Origin: an uncultured Verrucomicrobia subdivision 3 bacterium
GTDB lineage: Bacteria; Verrucomicrobiota; Verrucomicrobiia; Limisphaerales; UBA11358
DNA: 64,000 bases
Reading direction: 5' to 3'
Assembly (NCBI GenBank): GCA_903850425.1
Contig: CAINLR010000141.1
Location: forward strand, 45,296-109,295
Shown: one piece after another, positions 45,593 to 56,581 of the stretch
Layout: each line of letters begins with the position of its first letter
Position numbering within the stretch: position 1 is the first letter of the stretch
Position numbers and translations under genes: made by a program
Notes under the pieces: generated by a model
Seen by the model: the letters and a program-made list of their open reading frames with translations, nothing else
Database searches by the model: none
Told to the model about the DNA's origin: nothing

Positions 45593-48500
45593 ATGCTATC
45601 TGCTATGAAAAAAGTTTTGTTAGTCAGCCTGCTGGCGGTTGGTGGTCTCGCGGCGATGCTGTGGTGGCATCGGTCGCCAGTCGTGTCCAGGCAATTGCCG
45701 CAGTCATTCCAAGTCTTCGCTGCCGCGAGTGTCTCGCCGACGAATGGGTCTCTGACAGTTACCAAGTCAACGGCGGCTCAACCTGGAGCCCGCGAGATGG
45801 ACCTAGTCGTGAATCCCTACGCCGCCGGACTGCGGGAACCTGGCAAATCCAAACGGAATTGGGAAGCTGACTATATTGCTTCCTTCAAACCGGCAACCGC
45901 CGGTGACCCGGTGCGCTTTGAATTGACCGGCGGCGTCCTGGCCGAAGGTAAAGTAAAGATCATTCAAGTCGAAGGCGGCGAAGTGACTTATGTTTCCGGT
46001 GAGTTGACGGCGCCGGAGACTGGAAAGTTTTTCTTCCTGACGCCTCCGGTCGGTGGCAAGGCGGGCAAAGCCGTCGGCGTGGTGGAATTCCCGGCAAGCA
46101 AGACCGCGTATCGCATCGAACCCACTGGACCCAATGGCGACCCGGAATTATGGCAGCGCCGCATGGATGAAGTCCTTTGTCTGGACATGCCGGAAGCCAA
46201 CCCAGCGATGCTGCAAGCGGCGGCGGCGGCGACCAACGCGATGGAGAACCTTATCCCTTTGCGCCCCGACCAGGTGCCGGATTATGTGCCGAGTTACAAT
46301 GCCAACATAGTCTCGCTGCAGAGTTATCCGGGCTCACCCGCCGTGCTGTTGCTGGATTTCGCGGGAGGCTATACACCGACTTGGGGCGGCGTCACCTATG
46401 GGCGCCCGCCAGTAAGCAACGCCACCATCAAGGATATTTGGAAGCGCGTTGCGGAAGATTACCTGCCATTCAACATCAATGTGACGACCGACAGCAAAGT
46501 TTTTCAGGCCGCCGCGCAAGGTAGTCGCCAGCGTTGTTGTTTCACCACCACCCCGATTACGGCGGCCGGCGTGGCTTATGAAGGCTCGTGGAATTGGGGC
46601 GGCGACACGCCTTGCTGGTCAGTATATTATGTCGGTAAACCGGCGGCTGAAGTGGGTGCGCATGAGCCGGGCCACACGCTGGGTTTGAGCCATGAAACGC
46701 AGGATATTCCCAACGGCACGAATGCTCCAACCCATAACGAGTATTACACCGGCCAAGGTTCCGGTGCCGTCGGCTGGGCGCCCATCATGGGCGCGGCTTA
46801 CTATCAGCCGGTGACCACTTTTGCCAAGGGCGAGTATCAGTATGCCGGAAATTTGGAGGATCAATTGCACACGATTACCACTGCGAACAACAATGTCACC
46901 TACCGGACGGATGACACGGGCAGCGCGCTGGCGACTTCACGCTATCTTGAAGTCTATACCAATGGCACGACGTTTGCCGAAGGCGTGATCGAGCGCACCG
47001 ACGACACGGATGCTTTTCAATTCACCACCACAGGCGGCGCGGTGAACCTGACGGCTAATCCCGTGGGCGACTGGTCAGACCTGGCCATGATGGCCACTTT
47101 GGCGGATGCGATGGATACGGTCATTGCGAGCAATAACCCCCAGACCGTGCTCTCGGCGAACATCACGACTAACTTGCCCGCCGGAACATATACGCTCCGG
47201 GTCACGGGAGCCGGCCGCAACGACCCGGTCCTGACCGGTTTCAGCTCGTATTGCAGCCACGGATATTATTCGGTCACCGGCAATGTGGCCGGGGCGCGTC
47301 AGCCGACCCGCTTGAGCGTGGCCGAACACGCGACCAACAACACCTTGGTGGGTCCGGTTTCCGCTAGCAATCCCAACAGCAGTCCATTGGTCTATGCCAT
47401 CGTCTCGGGCAATACCGGCGCGACGTTTTCCGTGGATAACTCCGGCGTGGTCAACGTCGCGAACAATGCGCTGCTGGATTATTACAAGCTGGCCACCAAC
47501 ACAACCCTGTATGCGGCGCAGTTTGAAGTGTTCATGAACATCACCAACGTGAACAACCCGACCTTGACGGAACTGAACCGGCGAGTGGTGATCGCGGTTC
47601 AGAAATTGTATGCGCCCGTGCCGGCAGCCTTGGTTGCTTCCGTGGACACCAGTTTACGGATTGATCTTTCCTGGGTGGGTGGGATGGAAGCGGCCAGTTA
47701 CAACGTGAAGCGCTCGACGATCCATCTTGGGCCTTACACGACGGTGGCCAGTCCGACGGACACCAGTTACACCGACTCAGGATTAACCAACGGCGTGACC
47801 TATTACTATGTGGTCTCGGCGGTGAACACCAATGGCGAGAGCGCGAATTCAGCGGAATCCAGCGCGGTGGCGCAGTCGGTCGCGGGCTTCGGCTTTGAGG
47901 CGCCGAGCATAGGTTCGGGCAACTATTCTTACAACCCAACGGGAGGTTTCTGGACTTACAGCACCCAGACTGGGAATAGCGGTTCGGGCATCGTGGCGAA
48001 CGGCAGCGGTTTTTCCAATCCCAATGCACCGGAAGGAACGCAGGCTGCCTTTGTCCAGAGCTATGGAAGTATTTCCCAGACTCTATCCGGCTTTACTCCC
48101 GGAACCAGTTATACGATCACTTACTCGGCCGCCCAACGCTCCGGTTCCAGCCAGCACGGTGGGGAGTCTTGGAATGTGGTCATTGATGGCAATGTGATCA
48201 AGGTCAACAGCCCGGGTTCGACCAGTTACACGACTTATACCGCCACGTTCACCGCCACGGCCACGACCCACACGCTCGCCTTTGCCGGCACGGACTTGGC
48301 GGGCGGCGACAACACAGTGTTCGTTGACAACGTGCGTTTCAGCCCCCTCCTGCAACCGGTGGCGGCGGCTGTGGCCTTGACCGTTCCGGCCAATAATGCG
48401 GTGATGGCCGCCGCCGCGCCAGCCAACCTGACTGCTACGGTGACCACCAATGGCAACATTATTAACGGAGTGCAGTTCTACTCTGACACCATCACGTTGC

Positions 48501-51500
48501 TTGGACAGATTACGAATGCCCCTTACACATTCGCGTGGGCGAATGTCACGGCGGGAAGCCATACCGTTTTTGCCCGGGTGCTGTTCGACAACGGCAGCTC
48601 GGCGGATTCTGCCCCGGTCAAACTTACGGTCCTCAATCGCAACCTGAATTTAGGTTTTGAAGTTCCTAGCCTTGGCTCGGGTAACTATTCTTATAACCCC
48701 GGTGGCGGTTCCTGGACCTTCACCGACAGTTCTGGGAATAGTGGTTCGGGCATCGCCGCGAATGGCAGTGGCTTCGGCAATCCCAACGCGCCGCAAGGCA
48801 CCCAGGCGGCCTTGGTGCAAGGTTATGGCAGCATCAGCCAGACGTCGTCCGGCTTTGCGCCGGGCACGAATTACACCATCACTTACTCCGCCGCGCAACG
48901 ATCCGGGACCGCGCAGCATGGGGGCGAATCGTGGAATGTCGCCATTGATAACACGGTGGTCCAGACGAACAATCCGGGGTTGACCAGCTACACAACCTAT
49001 ACCGCCAGCTTCACGGCGTCGGCGGCAACGCATACCCTGTCCTTCGTGGGCACCGACCTGGCTGGCGGCGACAACACCGTCTTCATTGACAACGTAAGTT
49101 TCAATCCGCCGCTCGCGACCCTCTCAACTCCGGACTTAATCACCAATACCTGGCCGGTGACGGCGGTGGATGTGGCGGGCAATCAGGTGGCGTTCATGGC
49201 GACCTTCAGCAGCACCAATTCAACGACCTACCAATGGCAGAAAATTGTTGGCGGACTGATGGCGGACATCGCTGGCGCGACGAACACCATGCTGACTTTG
49301 ACCAATCTGCAAGTGAGTGACACGGCTTCCTATCGTTTGCAGGCCTCAAATAGTTTTGGGGTTGCCGTCAGCACCGCGAGTCCGCTGGCCGTCTCCAATG
49401 TGCCGGCGGCCGTGACGAATGTGCTCATCGCCTATGCCGCCCAAACGGGACTTGGCAGCGCACTCACGAACTTTACTCCCACGTGGCCCTTTGTCCCAGG
49501 GAGTCTGATTGCCGGCCAATCACCCAGCAGCGCCGGCAGCGGCAGCTTTGGTCAGAACATCGGCCTGCTGACCGATGGGTCGTTTGGGTGGATTACTTAC
49601 TGGCCCGGCGTTGGTCTCAGCCCGGCGGAAGTCACCTGTGGCTCCAGCGCGGGGCAGTCAGTCACTTATACTCTCGGCAGTGCTGCTAGCGGTTATAGCA
49701 TTTCCAATATCGTGGTCTATGGCGGCTGGGGTGATGCCGGTCGCGACCAACAGGCTTACACGGTTTCGTATTCCACCGTGGCCAACCCTACAACTTTCAT
49801 CCCGTTGGCGAGTGTTGACTACAACCCCGCGAATCCGGGCGCAGTCCAGTGCGCCACGCGTTCCTCCTTGAAATCTTCCACCACCGGCCCGCTCGCCACC
49901 AACGTCGCGGCTTTAATGTTTGATTTTACAACCCCGGCACCGGAGAACGGCTATTGTGGCTATACGGAAATCGCCGTGTATGGCACGTCACTCGAACCGG
50001 CGGTGATCGTGAACACGCTGCCGGCGACGGCGGCGGATGTCGTAGGCAGCCAGGTCACTTTCACCGCAGCCTTCTCCGGCACGGCTCCCTTAGCTTACCA
50101 ATGGAAGAAGATTAGTGGCGGACTAACTAACAATGTGGCCGGAGCAACCAATGCGACGCTGACGCTGGCCAACCTACAACTGGGTAACACGGCGAGCTAC
50201 CAACTCCAGGCGTCAAATGCCTATGGCGTGGCGGTGAGTTCACCCAGTTCACTCACGGTGTCCAGCGCGCCGGGTGCAGTTAATAATCTGATCGCCTCCT
50301 ATGCCGCGCAAACCGGCTTTGGGGGCAATACATTTTTTCTGCCCACGTGGACAGTCGCGAGCAGCAACAGCTTGATTGCGGGGCTGTCACCCTCCAGTTC
50401 GGCGGGCAACTTCAGCTTGAACACCGGCGGCAGAACCGTGAATTCGCTGACCGCGGGCGACAGTTTGACCATCGGGCCGACCTCCGCCACTGATACCACC
50501 ATTAACTACATCACCTGCGGAAATAGCGGCGGTGCCGGGACGTTAGTGACTTACACCCTGACCGGCTTTACCGCGGGCTACACGCTGACCAATATTACCG
50601 TCTTTGGCGGTTGGAAGGATGCCGGGCGCGATCAGCAGGCCTATACGGTTTCTTATTCCAAGGTAACGGCACCGGCGGCGTTCATTTCGCTGGGGACCGT
50701 CAATTACAATCCGGCTAACCCAGCTTCCGTTCAGTCGGCCACGCGCGCCACCCTGACGGCGGCGAACGGTGTCCTGGCCACAAACGTGGCCGCCGTGAAG
50801 TTTGACTTCACCACGCCAACTTCTGAAAATGGTTACGTTGGCTACAGCGAAATTCTTTTATCCGGAATGCCTTCAGCGCAACCCGTCAAGTGGGCGGTTG
50901 GCAATGGCAACTGGGACAACAGCTCGCCCAACTGGAAGTCGCTCGTCACCGCCGGCACCACTAGTTTTCTGGAAAGCAATCTCACCGCGTTGGACGACAG
51001 TGCGATCGGTTCCAGCCCGATCACCGTGACGCTTACCGGCAATCATGCGCCCAGCGTGCTTACAAATAATTCCACAAAGAACTACTTCCTCGCCGGCAAC
51101 TTCGGTATCACCAATGGCAACTTGGTGAAGAATGGTGTCAGCACGCTGACACTCGCCAATGGCGGGGCGAACAACTTCTCCAGTATCCAAATCAACAATG
51201 GTTCGCTGCAAGTGGGCAACAACGATACCACTGGCAGCTTGGGCGTGGGCAACGTGACCAACAATGGCACGCTGATTTTTAATCGCGCCGACAGCTTGAG
51301 CGTGGGCAACCTCATTGCGGGCACCGGCGCCGTCGTGCAGAGCGGCGGGGGCACGGTAGGATTCAGTGCGGCCAATACTTATTCTGGCCCGACCACCGTC
51401 AGCGCGGGGACCTTGGCTTTGAGCGGCGCGGGAACCATCAGTTCCAGTGCGCAAATTTTGCTGACTGGAGGAGCGGTCATAGATGCTTCAGGTCGCCCGG

Positions 51501-52111
51501 ATCAAACCCTGACTTTGGGCAATGGCCAGGTGCTCAAAGGTAGTGGCAAGGTGCAAGGCTTGTTGAATGCGCTGGCGGGTTCCACCATTAATCCCGGTGA
51601 TACCATTGGCACTTTGACCGTGCAGAGCAATGTGATCCTGCAGGGCACTCTGTTGATGGAATTGAACCGCACCAATGCGCAGGCCGCCGACCAACTGCTC
51701 AGCACTGCCGGCACCATCTCGGCCGGAGGGATCTTGACCGTTACCAATCTAGGCCCGACGCTACAGCCGGGTGACACCTTTCAATTATTTACCCAGCCCG
51801 TCAACGGCTTTGCGACGGTGAACTTGCCCGATGTCGCGCCCAATGCGTGGGTGAATCAATTATCTGACGACGGAACGATTCGCGTGCTTTCTACGGCGTC
51901 CACCAATCTCCTGGCGCAACTGGCCGAAGGAACCCTGACCTTGAGCTGGCCCAGCGATCACATCGGCTGGCGTCTTCAAGTTCAGACCAATGATTTGACC
52001 ACCGGTCTCGGCACGAATTGGTGGGATGTGGCCGGTGCCACGATTACGAACCAGATGTCCTTTCCCATCAGCCCTGACCAAGGCGGCGTCTTTTATCGTT
52101 TGCTCTTTTGA
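45593..52111 (+). CDS. Giant secreted multidomain protein with metzincin-type zinc protease motif, PPC-like, FN3, duplicated CBM-like, Ig plus beta-sandwich modules, PATR repeats and a C-terminal FYRL module
   Basis: Start set at MLSAMKKVLLVSLLAVGGLAA; the 35 upstream track codons overlap the previous gene. The zinc motif is HEPGHTLGLSHE (46661-46696). An FN3-like unit reads LSWVGGMEAASYNVKRS..YYYVVSAVN. There are two ~150-aa repeats of the form GFE.PS.GSGNYSYNP.GG.W....GNSGSGI.ANGSGF. PATR-type repeats read NGVSTLTLANGGANNFSSIQINNGSLQVGN... Confidence 0.75.
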   Translation: MLSAMKKVLLVSLLAVGGLAAMLWWHRSPVVSRQLPQSFQVFAAASVSPTNGSLTVTKSTAAQPGAREMDLVVNPYAAGLREPGKSKRNWEADYIASFKPATAGDPVRFELTGGVLAEGKVKIIQVEGGEVTYVSGELTAPETGKFFFLTPPVGGKAGKAVGVVEFPASKTAYRIEPTGPNGDPELWQRRMDEVLCLDMPEANPAMLQAAAAATNAMENLIPLRPDQVPDYVPSYNANIVSLQSYPGSPAVLLLDFAGGYTPTWGGVTYGRPPVSNATIKDIWKRVAEDYLPFNINVTTDSKVFQAAAQGSRQRCCFTTTPITAAGVAYEGSWNWGGDTPCWSVYYVGKPAAEVGAHEPGHTLGLSHETQDIPNGTNAPTHNEYYTGQGSGAVGWAPIMGAAYYQPVTTFAKGEYQYAGNLEDQLHTITTANNNVTYRTDDTGSALATSRYLEVYTNGTTFAEGVIERTDDTDAFQFTTTGGAVNLTANPVGDWSDLAMMATLADAMDTVIASNNPQTVLSANITTNLPAGTYTLRVTGAGRNDPVLTGFSSYCSHGYYSVTGNVAGARQPTRLSVAEHATNNTLVGPVSASNPNSSPLVYAIVSGNTGATFSVDNSGVVNVANNALLDYYKLATNTTLYAAQFEVFMNITNVNNPTLTELNRRVVIAVQKLYAPVPAALVASVDTSLRIDLSWVGGMEAASYNVKRSTIHLGPYTTVASPTDTSYTDSGLTNGVTYYYVVSAVNTNGESANSAESSAVAQSVAGFGFEAPSIGSGNYSYNPTGGFWTYSTQTGNSGSGIVANGSGFSNPNAPEGTQAAFVQSYGSISQTLSGFTPGTSYTITYSAAQRSGSSQHGGESWNVVIDGNVIKVNSPGSTSYTTYTATFTATATTHTLAFAGTDLAGGDNTVFVDNVRFSPLLQPVAAAVALTVPANNAVMAAAAPANLTATVTTNGNIINGVQFYSDTITLLGQITNAPYTFAWANVTAGSHTVFARVLFDNGSSADSAPVKLTVLNRNLNLGFEVPSLGSGNYSYNPGGGSWTFTDSSGNSGSGIAANGSGFGNPNAPQGTQAALVQGYGSISQTSSGFAPGTNYTITYSAAQRSGTAQHGGESWNVAIDNTVVQTNNPGLTSYTTYTASFTASAATHTLSFVGTDLAGGDNTVFIDNVSFNPPLATLSTPDLITNTWPVTAVDVAGNQVAFMATFSSTNSTTYQWQKIVGGLMADIAGATNTMLTLTNLQVSDTASYRLQASNSFGVAVSTASPLAVSNVPAAVTNVLIAYAAQTGLGSALTNFTPTWPFVPGSLIAGQSPSSAGSGSFGQNIGLLTDGSFGWITYWPGVGLSPAEVTCGSSAGQSVTYTLGSAASGYSISNIVVYGGWGDAGRDQQAYTVSYSTVANPTTFIPLASVDYNPANPGAVQCATRSSLKSSTTGPLATNVAALMFDFTTPAPENGYCGYTEIAVYGTSLEPAVIVNTLPATAADVVGSQVTFTAAFSGTAPLAYQWKKISGGLTNNVAGATNATLTLANLQLGNTASYQLQASNAYGVAVSSPSSLTVSSAPGAVNNLIASYAAQTGFGGNTFFLPTWTVASSNSLIAGLSPSSSAGNFSLNTGGRTVNSLTAGDSLTIGPTSATDTTINYITCGNSGGAGTLVTYTLTGFTAGYTLTNITVFGGWKDAGRDQQAYTVSYSKVTAPAAFISLGTVNYNPANPASVQSATRATLTAANGVLATNVAAVKFDFTTPTSENGYVGYSEILLSGMPSAQPVKWAVGNGNWDNSSPNWKSLVTAGTTSFLESNLTALDDSAIGSSPITVTLTGNHAPSVLTNNSTKNYFLAGNFGITNGNLVKNGVSTLTLANGGANNFSSIQINNGSLQVGNNDTTGSLGVGNVTNNGTLIFNRADSLSVGNLIAGTGAVVQSGGGTVGFSAANTYSGPTTVSAGTLALSGAGTISSSAQILLTGGAVIDASGRPDQTLTLGNGQVLKGSGKVQGLLNALAGSTINPGDTIGTLTVQSNVILQGTLLMELNRTNAQAADQLLSTAGTISAGGILTVTNLGPTLQPGDTFQLFTQPVNGFATVNLPDVAPNAWVNQLSDDGTIRVLSTASTNLLAQLAEGTLTLSWPSDHIGWRLQVQTNDLTTGLGTNWWDVAGATITNQMSFPISPDQGGVFYRLLF

Positions 52112-52139
52112 CCGACATAACTTTAACTCCGAAACAAAC

Positions 52140-55085
52140 ATGAACTACACAAAACGCATCCTAACCTTGGGGGCCATGCTGCTGGCTGGCCTATGTTCGG
52201 CGTCCGTCGCCACGAAAAACCTCCGCTGCGAATATCTCCCGGACCCGCTGGGCATTGATGCCACGAGTCCACGCCTGAGCTGGATTCTGGAATCCAGCCA
52301 GCGCAGCGAAAAGCAAACGGCCTATCAGGTGCTGGTGGCGTCGGCGCCGAAACTATTAAATCAGGACAAGGGCGATCTATGGGACAGCGGCAAAGTGGCC
52401 GCGGATGATAGCTCTCAGATCGTCTATGCGGGCAGCCCGTTGACTTCGCGCCAGAGTTGCTTCTGGAAAGTGCGGGCGTGGGACCGCGAGGGCAAACCTG
52501 GCAAATGGAGTTCGGTTGCCGAATGGCACATGGGATTGCTCAACCCTTCCGACTGGAAGGCGCAGTGGGTTATGGCCGAAACACCGGCAACCGCGTCCGC
52601 TGCCACATTGGTTATTCGCCGCGCCACCTACCAGGCGGGCGAGCAGAGCGGCGTGGCGGATGTGACGGCTGCGCTAGCCCGTCGGGTGAAGGGAAATCGT
52701 CTGAGCGTGCTGGTGAACAATAAATCCCTCGGCGTTGACCCGGCCCAAAATCAGGTGAAGCGCTTGCATGTAGAGTATGAATTGAACGGCAAACCGTTGA
52801 CCAAGGATATTGATGAAAACCAAACCCTAGTGCTGCCGGAAGATGCCGCCGGGATCCGGTATTTGCGGAAGCCGTTTGAACTAAAGTCATCCATCCAACG
52901 TGCGGTTCTCTATGCCACAGCCTTGGGGCTTTACGACGTGCGCATCAATGGCCAGCGCGTGGGCGATCATGTGCTGGCGCCCGATTGGACCGACTATCGC
53001 AAGCGCGTTCGCTACCAAGCCTACGATGTGACTTCGCTGCTCAAACCGGGCAACAATGCCTTGGGCGCACTGCTGGCGAATGGCTGGTTCAGCGGCCACA
53101 TTGGCAATGGCGCGAATGCCTTCTTCGGCCAAGTGCCGGCTCTTGCAGCACAACTCGAAGTGACTTACGCCGATGGCCGCACGGAGCAAGTTGTGACTGA
53201 TGCCTCCTGGAAATCGCAGCGCAGTCCGCTTCTATCCTCCGACTTTATGCTGGGCGAAGACTACGACGCTCGATTGGAAGTAAAGGGATGGGATCAACCT
53301 GGCTTGGATGACAGCCAGTGGGTTGCGACCTCGGTGCGGGATGAATCGGCGCGCAAACTGGAAGCGCAAGTCATGGAACCGGTGCGTGAAGTGATCCAAA
53401 TCAAACCCAAGTCGGTGACCGAACCCAAGCCCGGCCATTGGGTTTACGACCTCGGCCAAAACATGGTCGGCGTGGTCCAGTTGAAAGTATCCGCTCCCGC
53501 TGGAACTACGATTACTCTGCGTCATGCCGAAATGTTGAATCCCGACGGCACGCTCTACACGACCAACCTCCGCGGTGCCCCGTCGGTGGATCATTACATC
53601 TGCAAAGGCGGTGGCGTGGAAATCTGGCAACCGCGCTTTACGTTCCATGGGTTTCGGTATGCTGAAATAAGTGGGTTGGCAGGCAAGCCAGGCAAAGATG
53701 CGGTAACTGGAATCGTCATTACCTCCGACACCACGCGGACCGGCGAGTTTGCCTGTTCCGATCCGCGCATCAACCAGCTTCAATCCAACATCCAGTGGGG
53801 TCAGCGTGGCAACTACATCAGCATTCCGACCGATTGCCCGCAGCGCGACGAACGGCTGGGCTGGATGGGCGATGCCCAGGTCTTCATTCGCACAGCAACT
53901 TACAACGCCGATGTGGCCGCGTTCTTCACCAAATGGCTGGTGGACGTGGATGACGGACAGACGGCGGCGGGATCGTTCGCCGACGTGAATCCCAACACCA
54001 TGGGAGCCAACAGTGTTCCCGCCTGGGGCGATGCCGGCGTCATTTGTCCGTGGACGATCTATGAGGTCTATGGCGACAAGCGCATTTTGGAACGGCATCT
54101 GCCCGCGATGACCAAATGGGTGGACTATCTGCACTTGCACAGCCAGGATCTCATTCGCGTGAAAGATCGCGGCAATGACTATGGCGACTGGTTGTCCCAG
54201 CACGCGGATACACCCAAGGATTTGATTGGCACCGCTTACTTTGCCTACTCGACTCACTTGCTAGCTAAGTCCTATCGCGCCGTCGGCAATGAAGAACAGG
54301 CGGCCAAGTATGATAAACTGTTTCAGGACATCAAGGCCGCCTTCATCCAGCACTATGTGGCGGAGGATGGTCGCATCAAAGGTAATACACAATGTGTCTA
54401 TGCCATGGCGCTCAAGTTCGAGTTGCTCCCGGACAGCCTGCGCGCCAAAGCGGCTGACTATCTCGAAGAAGATATAAAGGCCAAGGGCGGACATCTCTCT
54501 ACTGGATTTGTCGGGGTGAGTTACTTGCTGCCGGTTTTGACTCAGGCAGGCAAAGCGGACACCGCCTACGGCTTGCTGCTGCAAGATACTTTCCCGTCAT
54601 GGCTATTCTCCGTGAAGCATGGAGCCACCACCATCTGGGAACGCTGGGATGGCTGGACTCCGGAGAAGGGCTTTCAAGATCCGGGCATGAACTCATTCAA
54701 TCACTATTCACTTGGTTCCTGCGGCGAATATCTGTTCGGCGGCATCGGTGGCATCCGACTCGCCAGCCCGGGCTTCAAGAACATTCGCATTGAACCCATC
54801 ATTCGCGACGGCTTGACTTGGGCCAAGACCAGCTTTGATTCCATTCATGGCAAGATCGCCACGCAATGGAAACGCGATGGCAACAAGCTGACGTTGGAGG
54901 TGACGGTGCCTGTGAACACGACCGCCATCGTCTATGTTCCGGCCAGTGATGTGAAAGACGTCACCGAGAGCGGCAAGCCGGTCGAGCACTTGGCTGGCGT
55001 GCAGTTCCTGAACTTCGACAACGGCCGCGCCCTGTTTGAAGTGGGCTCGGGGACTTATAGATTTGCTTCTGCCATCAAACCGTAG
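52140..55085 (+). CDS. Alpha-L-rhamnosidase (GH78)
   Basis: Start at MNYTKRILTLGAMLLAGLCSA. It continues LRCEYLPDPLGIDATSPRLSWIL, the characteristic GH78 N-terminus. Further blocks are TDCPQRDERLGWMGDA and WERW. Confidence 0.88.
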   Translation: MNYTKRILTLGAMLLAGLCSASVATKNLRCEYLPDPLGIDATSPRLSWILESSQRSEKQTAYQVLVASAPKLLNQDKGDLWDSGKVAADDSSQIVYAGSPLTSRQSCFWKVRAWDREGKPGKWSSVAEWHMGLLNPSDWKAQWVMAETPATASAATLVIRRATYQAGEQSGVADVTAALARRVKGNRLSVLVNNKSLGVDPAQNQVKRLHVEYELNGKPLTKDIDENQTLVLPEDAAGIRYLRKPFELKSSIQRAVLYATALGLYDVRINGQRVGDHVLAPDWTDYRKRVRYQAYDVTSLLKPGNNALGALLANGWFSGHIGNGANAFFGQVPALAAQLEVTYADGRTEQVVTDASWKSQRSPLLSSDFMLGEDYDARLEVKGWDQPGLDDSQWVATSVRDESARKLEAQVMEPVREVIQIKPKSVTEPKPGHWVYDLGQNMVGVVQLKVSAPAGTTITLRHAEMLNPDGTLYTTNLRGAPSVDHYICKGGGVEIWQPRFTFHGFRYAEISGLAGKPGKDAVTGIVITSDTTRTGEFACSDPRINQLQSNIQWGQRGNYISIPTDCPQRDERLGWMGDAQVFIRTATYNADVAAFFTKWLVDVDDGQTAAGSFADVNPNTMGANSVPAWGDAGVICPWTIYEVYGDKRILERHLPAMTKWVDYLHLHSQDLIRVKDRGNDYGDWLSQHADTPKDLIGTAYFAYSTHLLAKSYRAVGNEEQAAKYDKLFQDIKAAFIQHYVAEDGRIKGNTQCVYAMALKFELLPDSLRAKAADYLEEDIKAKGGHLSTGFVGVSYLLPVLTQAGKADTAYGLLLQDTFPSWLFSVKHGATTIWERWDGWTPEKGFQDPGMNSFNHYSLGSCGEYLFGGIGGIRLASPGFKNIRIEPIIRDGLTWAKTSFDSIHGKIATQWKRDGNKLTLEVTVPVNTTAIVYVPASDVKDVTESGKPVEHLAGVQFLNFDNGRALFEVGSGTYRFASAIKP

Positions 55086-55119
55086 GACAATCGCAACTTC
55101 TGTTGGATATTAAAACACT

Positions 55120-56535
55120 ATGAAACGACAACATAAGCCGCTCCCCGCTTTGATGGCTCCACTGCTCAAGACAAACCCCGTTCGTGTGGCGGCCATCGGT
55201 CTGGCAGTTCTAGCCTTCGGGCCGAGTGCCTTCGCCGACATTCAGACGACCATCGGCTATCACGCGGAGGGATTAGATTCGCCCGCCTTCACCTTCACGA
55301 ATGTTCCCTCGCCGGCACGCAACGACGCGGCTACTGACGCCAAGTTTACAATTGTAGCCGGCGAAGCCGACTCAAACGGCGGGGGCATCGAAGTTCTCCA
55401 CGATGGCAAACTTCCCGCCGAAGCAGACGAACCGGCGCGGAACTTCTTCCTGGCGGCGGGCACGAGCGGCGGCCGGATTCAGATTGATCTGGAGCACGCG
55501 CGCAAGCTCCACCAAGTGAATACTTACTCGTGGCATCCCAACACCCGCGGCCCGCAGGTCTATCAACTCTACGCCAGCGAGGGCACGGCGAGTGACTTCA
55601 ATGCCAAGCCGGAGAAGGACACTGATCCGCTCAAATGCGGCTGGACGCTGGTGGCCAAAGTGGATACGCGGCCCAGGGGCACCGAAGGCATGGGCCAGTG
55701 CGGGGTCAGCATCTCGGACACCACCGGCGTCATCGGGAACTACCGCTACCTGCTGTTTGATATTGCTCCGACGGAAACTGACGACACTTTTGGCAATACT
55801 TTCTACAGCGAGATTGACGTCGTCGAACTGAATGCTCCCGTTGAACCGGCGCTGGCGGCGGGCGCGGCTCCCTTGGTTGTGCATTCAGCGGATGGTTATT
55901 GCGAGATCAGCATTGATACTTCCAAAGAACCTGCGCTGAAGGAATGGGCTGAGCAGAAACTGGCTCCGGCCATCGTCGAGTGGTATCCCAAAATCGTGGC
56001 CATGATGCCGAGCGAGGGTTATAGCGCGCCCAGAAAATTCAGTGTGGTTATTCAGCCGGTGAATGGCGTCGCCTTCACCAGCGGCACGCGGATCGTGGCC
56101 AATTCGGTCTGGCTCGGTGGCGAACTCAAGGGCGAAGCCGTCGGCGCGATCATTCACGAAGTAGTCCATGTCGTCCAACAATACCGCGGCGGTCGCGGCA
56201 ATGGCGGCCGGGCGCCGGGCTGGCTGGTGGAAGGCATCCCCGACTATATCCGTTTCTTCAAGTTCGAACCGCAGAGCCACGGAGCCGATAACGTCTGGTT
56301 ACAACATCGCCGCAGCAATAACCTCAAATACGATGGCATGTATCGGATCAGCGCCAACTTTCTGGACTATGCCATCGAACACTATGACCCGAATAAAGTT
56401 CTTCTGACCAAAGTCAATGCGGCCTGTCGTCAGGGTAAGTATTCCGACGCCCTCTGGCAGGAACTTACCGGCAAATCGCTGGCCGACTTGAATGACGAAT
56501 GGAAGGCCGCCGCGCCCAAACCGCAGGCCAAGTAA
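55120..56535 (+). CDS. Secreted protein with an N-terminal beta-sandwich domain and a basic-secretory-protein (BSP) type putative metallopeptidase domain
   Basis: It has a signal peptide. The C-terminal half contains IIHEVVHVVQQY...PGWLVEGIPDYIRF, the pattern of the 'peptidase of plants and bacteria' family. Confidence 0.65.
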   Translation: MKRQHKPLPALMAPLLKTNPVRVAAIGLAVLAFGPSAFADIQTTIGYHAEGLDSPAFTFTNVPSPARNDAATDAKFTIVAGEADSNGGGIEVLHDGKLPAEADEPARNFFLAAGTSGGRIQIDLEHARKLHQVNTYSWHPNTRGPQVYQLYASEGTASDFNAKPEKDTDPLKCGWTLVAKVDTRPRGTEGMGQCGVSISDTTGVIGNYRYLLFDIAPTETDDTFGNTFYSEIDVVELNAPVEPALAAGAAPLVVHSADGYCEISIDTSKEPALKEWAEQKLAPAIVEWYPKIVAMMPSEGYSAPRKFSVVIQPVNGVAFTSGTRIVANSVWLGGELKGEAVGAIIHEVVHVVQQYRGGRGNGGRAPGWLVEGIPDYIRFFKFEPQSHGADNVWLQHRRSNNLKYDGMYRISANFLDYAIEHYDPNKVLLTKVNAACRQGKYSDALWQELTGKSLADLNDEWKAAAPKPQAK

Positions 56536-56581
56536 CCTTTGCCTCAACTCTTGAGTCAGTTGTTTTTCCACCTACCCGCTT

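Noticed and set aside
43597-50865. The near-repeated Ig/beta-sandwich modules considered as template/variable repeats of a diversity-generating retroelement
   Set aside because: No reverse transcriptase ORF is present anywhere in the window. The repeats are whole-domain duplications spread over both genes, not a short TR/VR pair.
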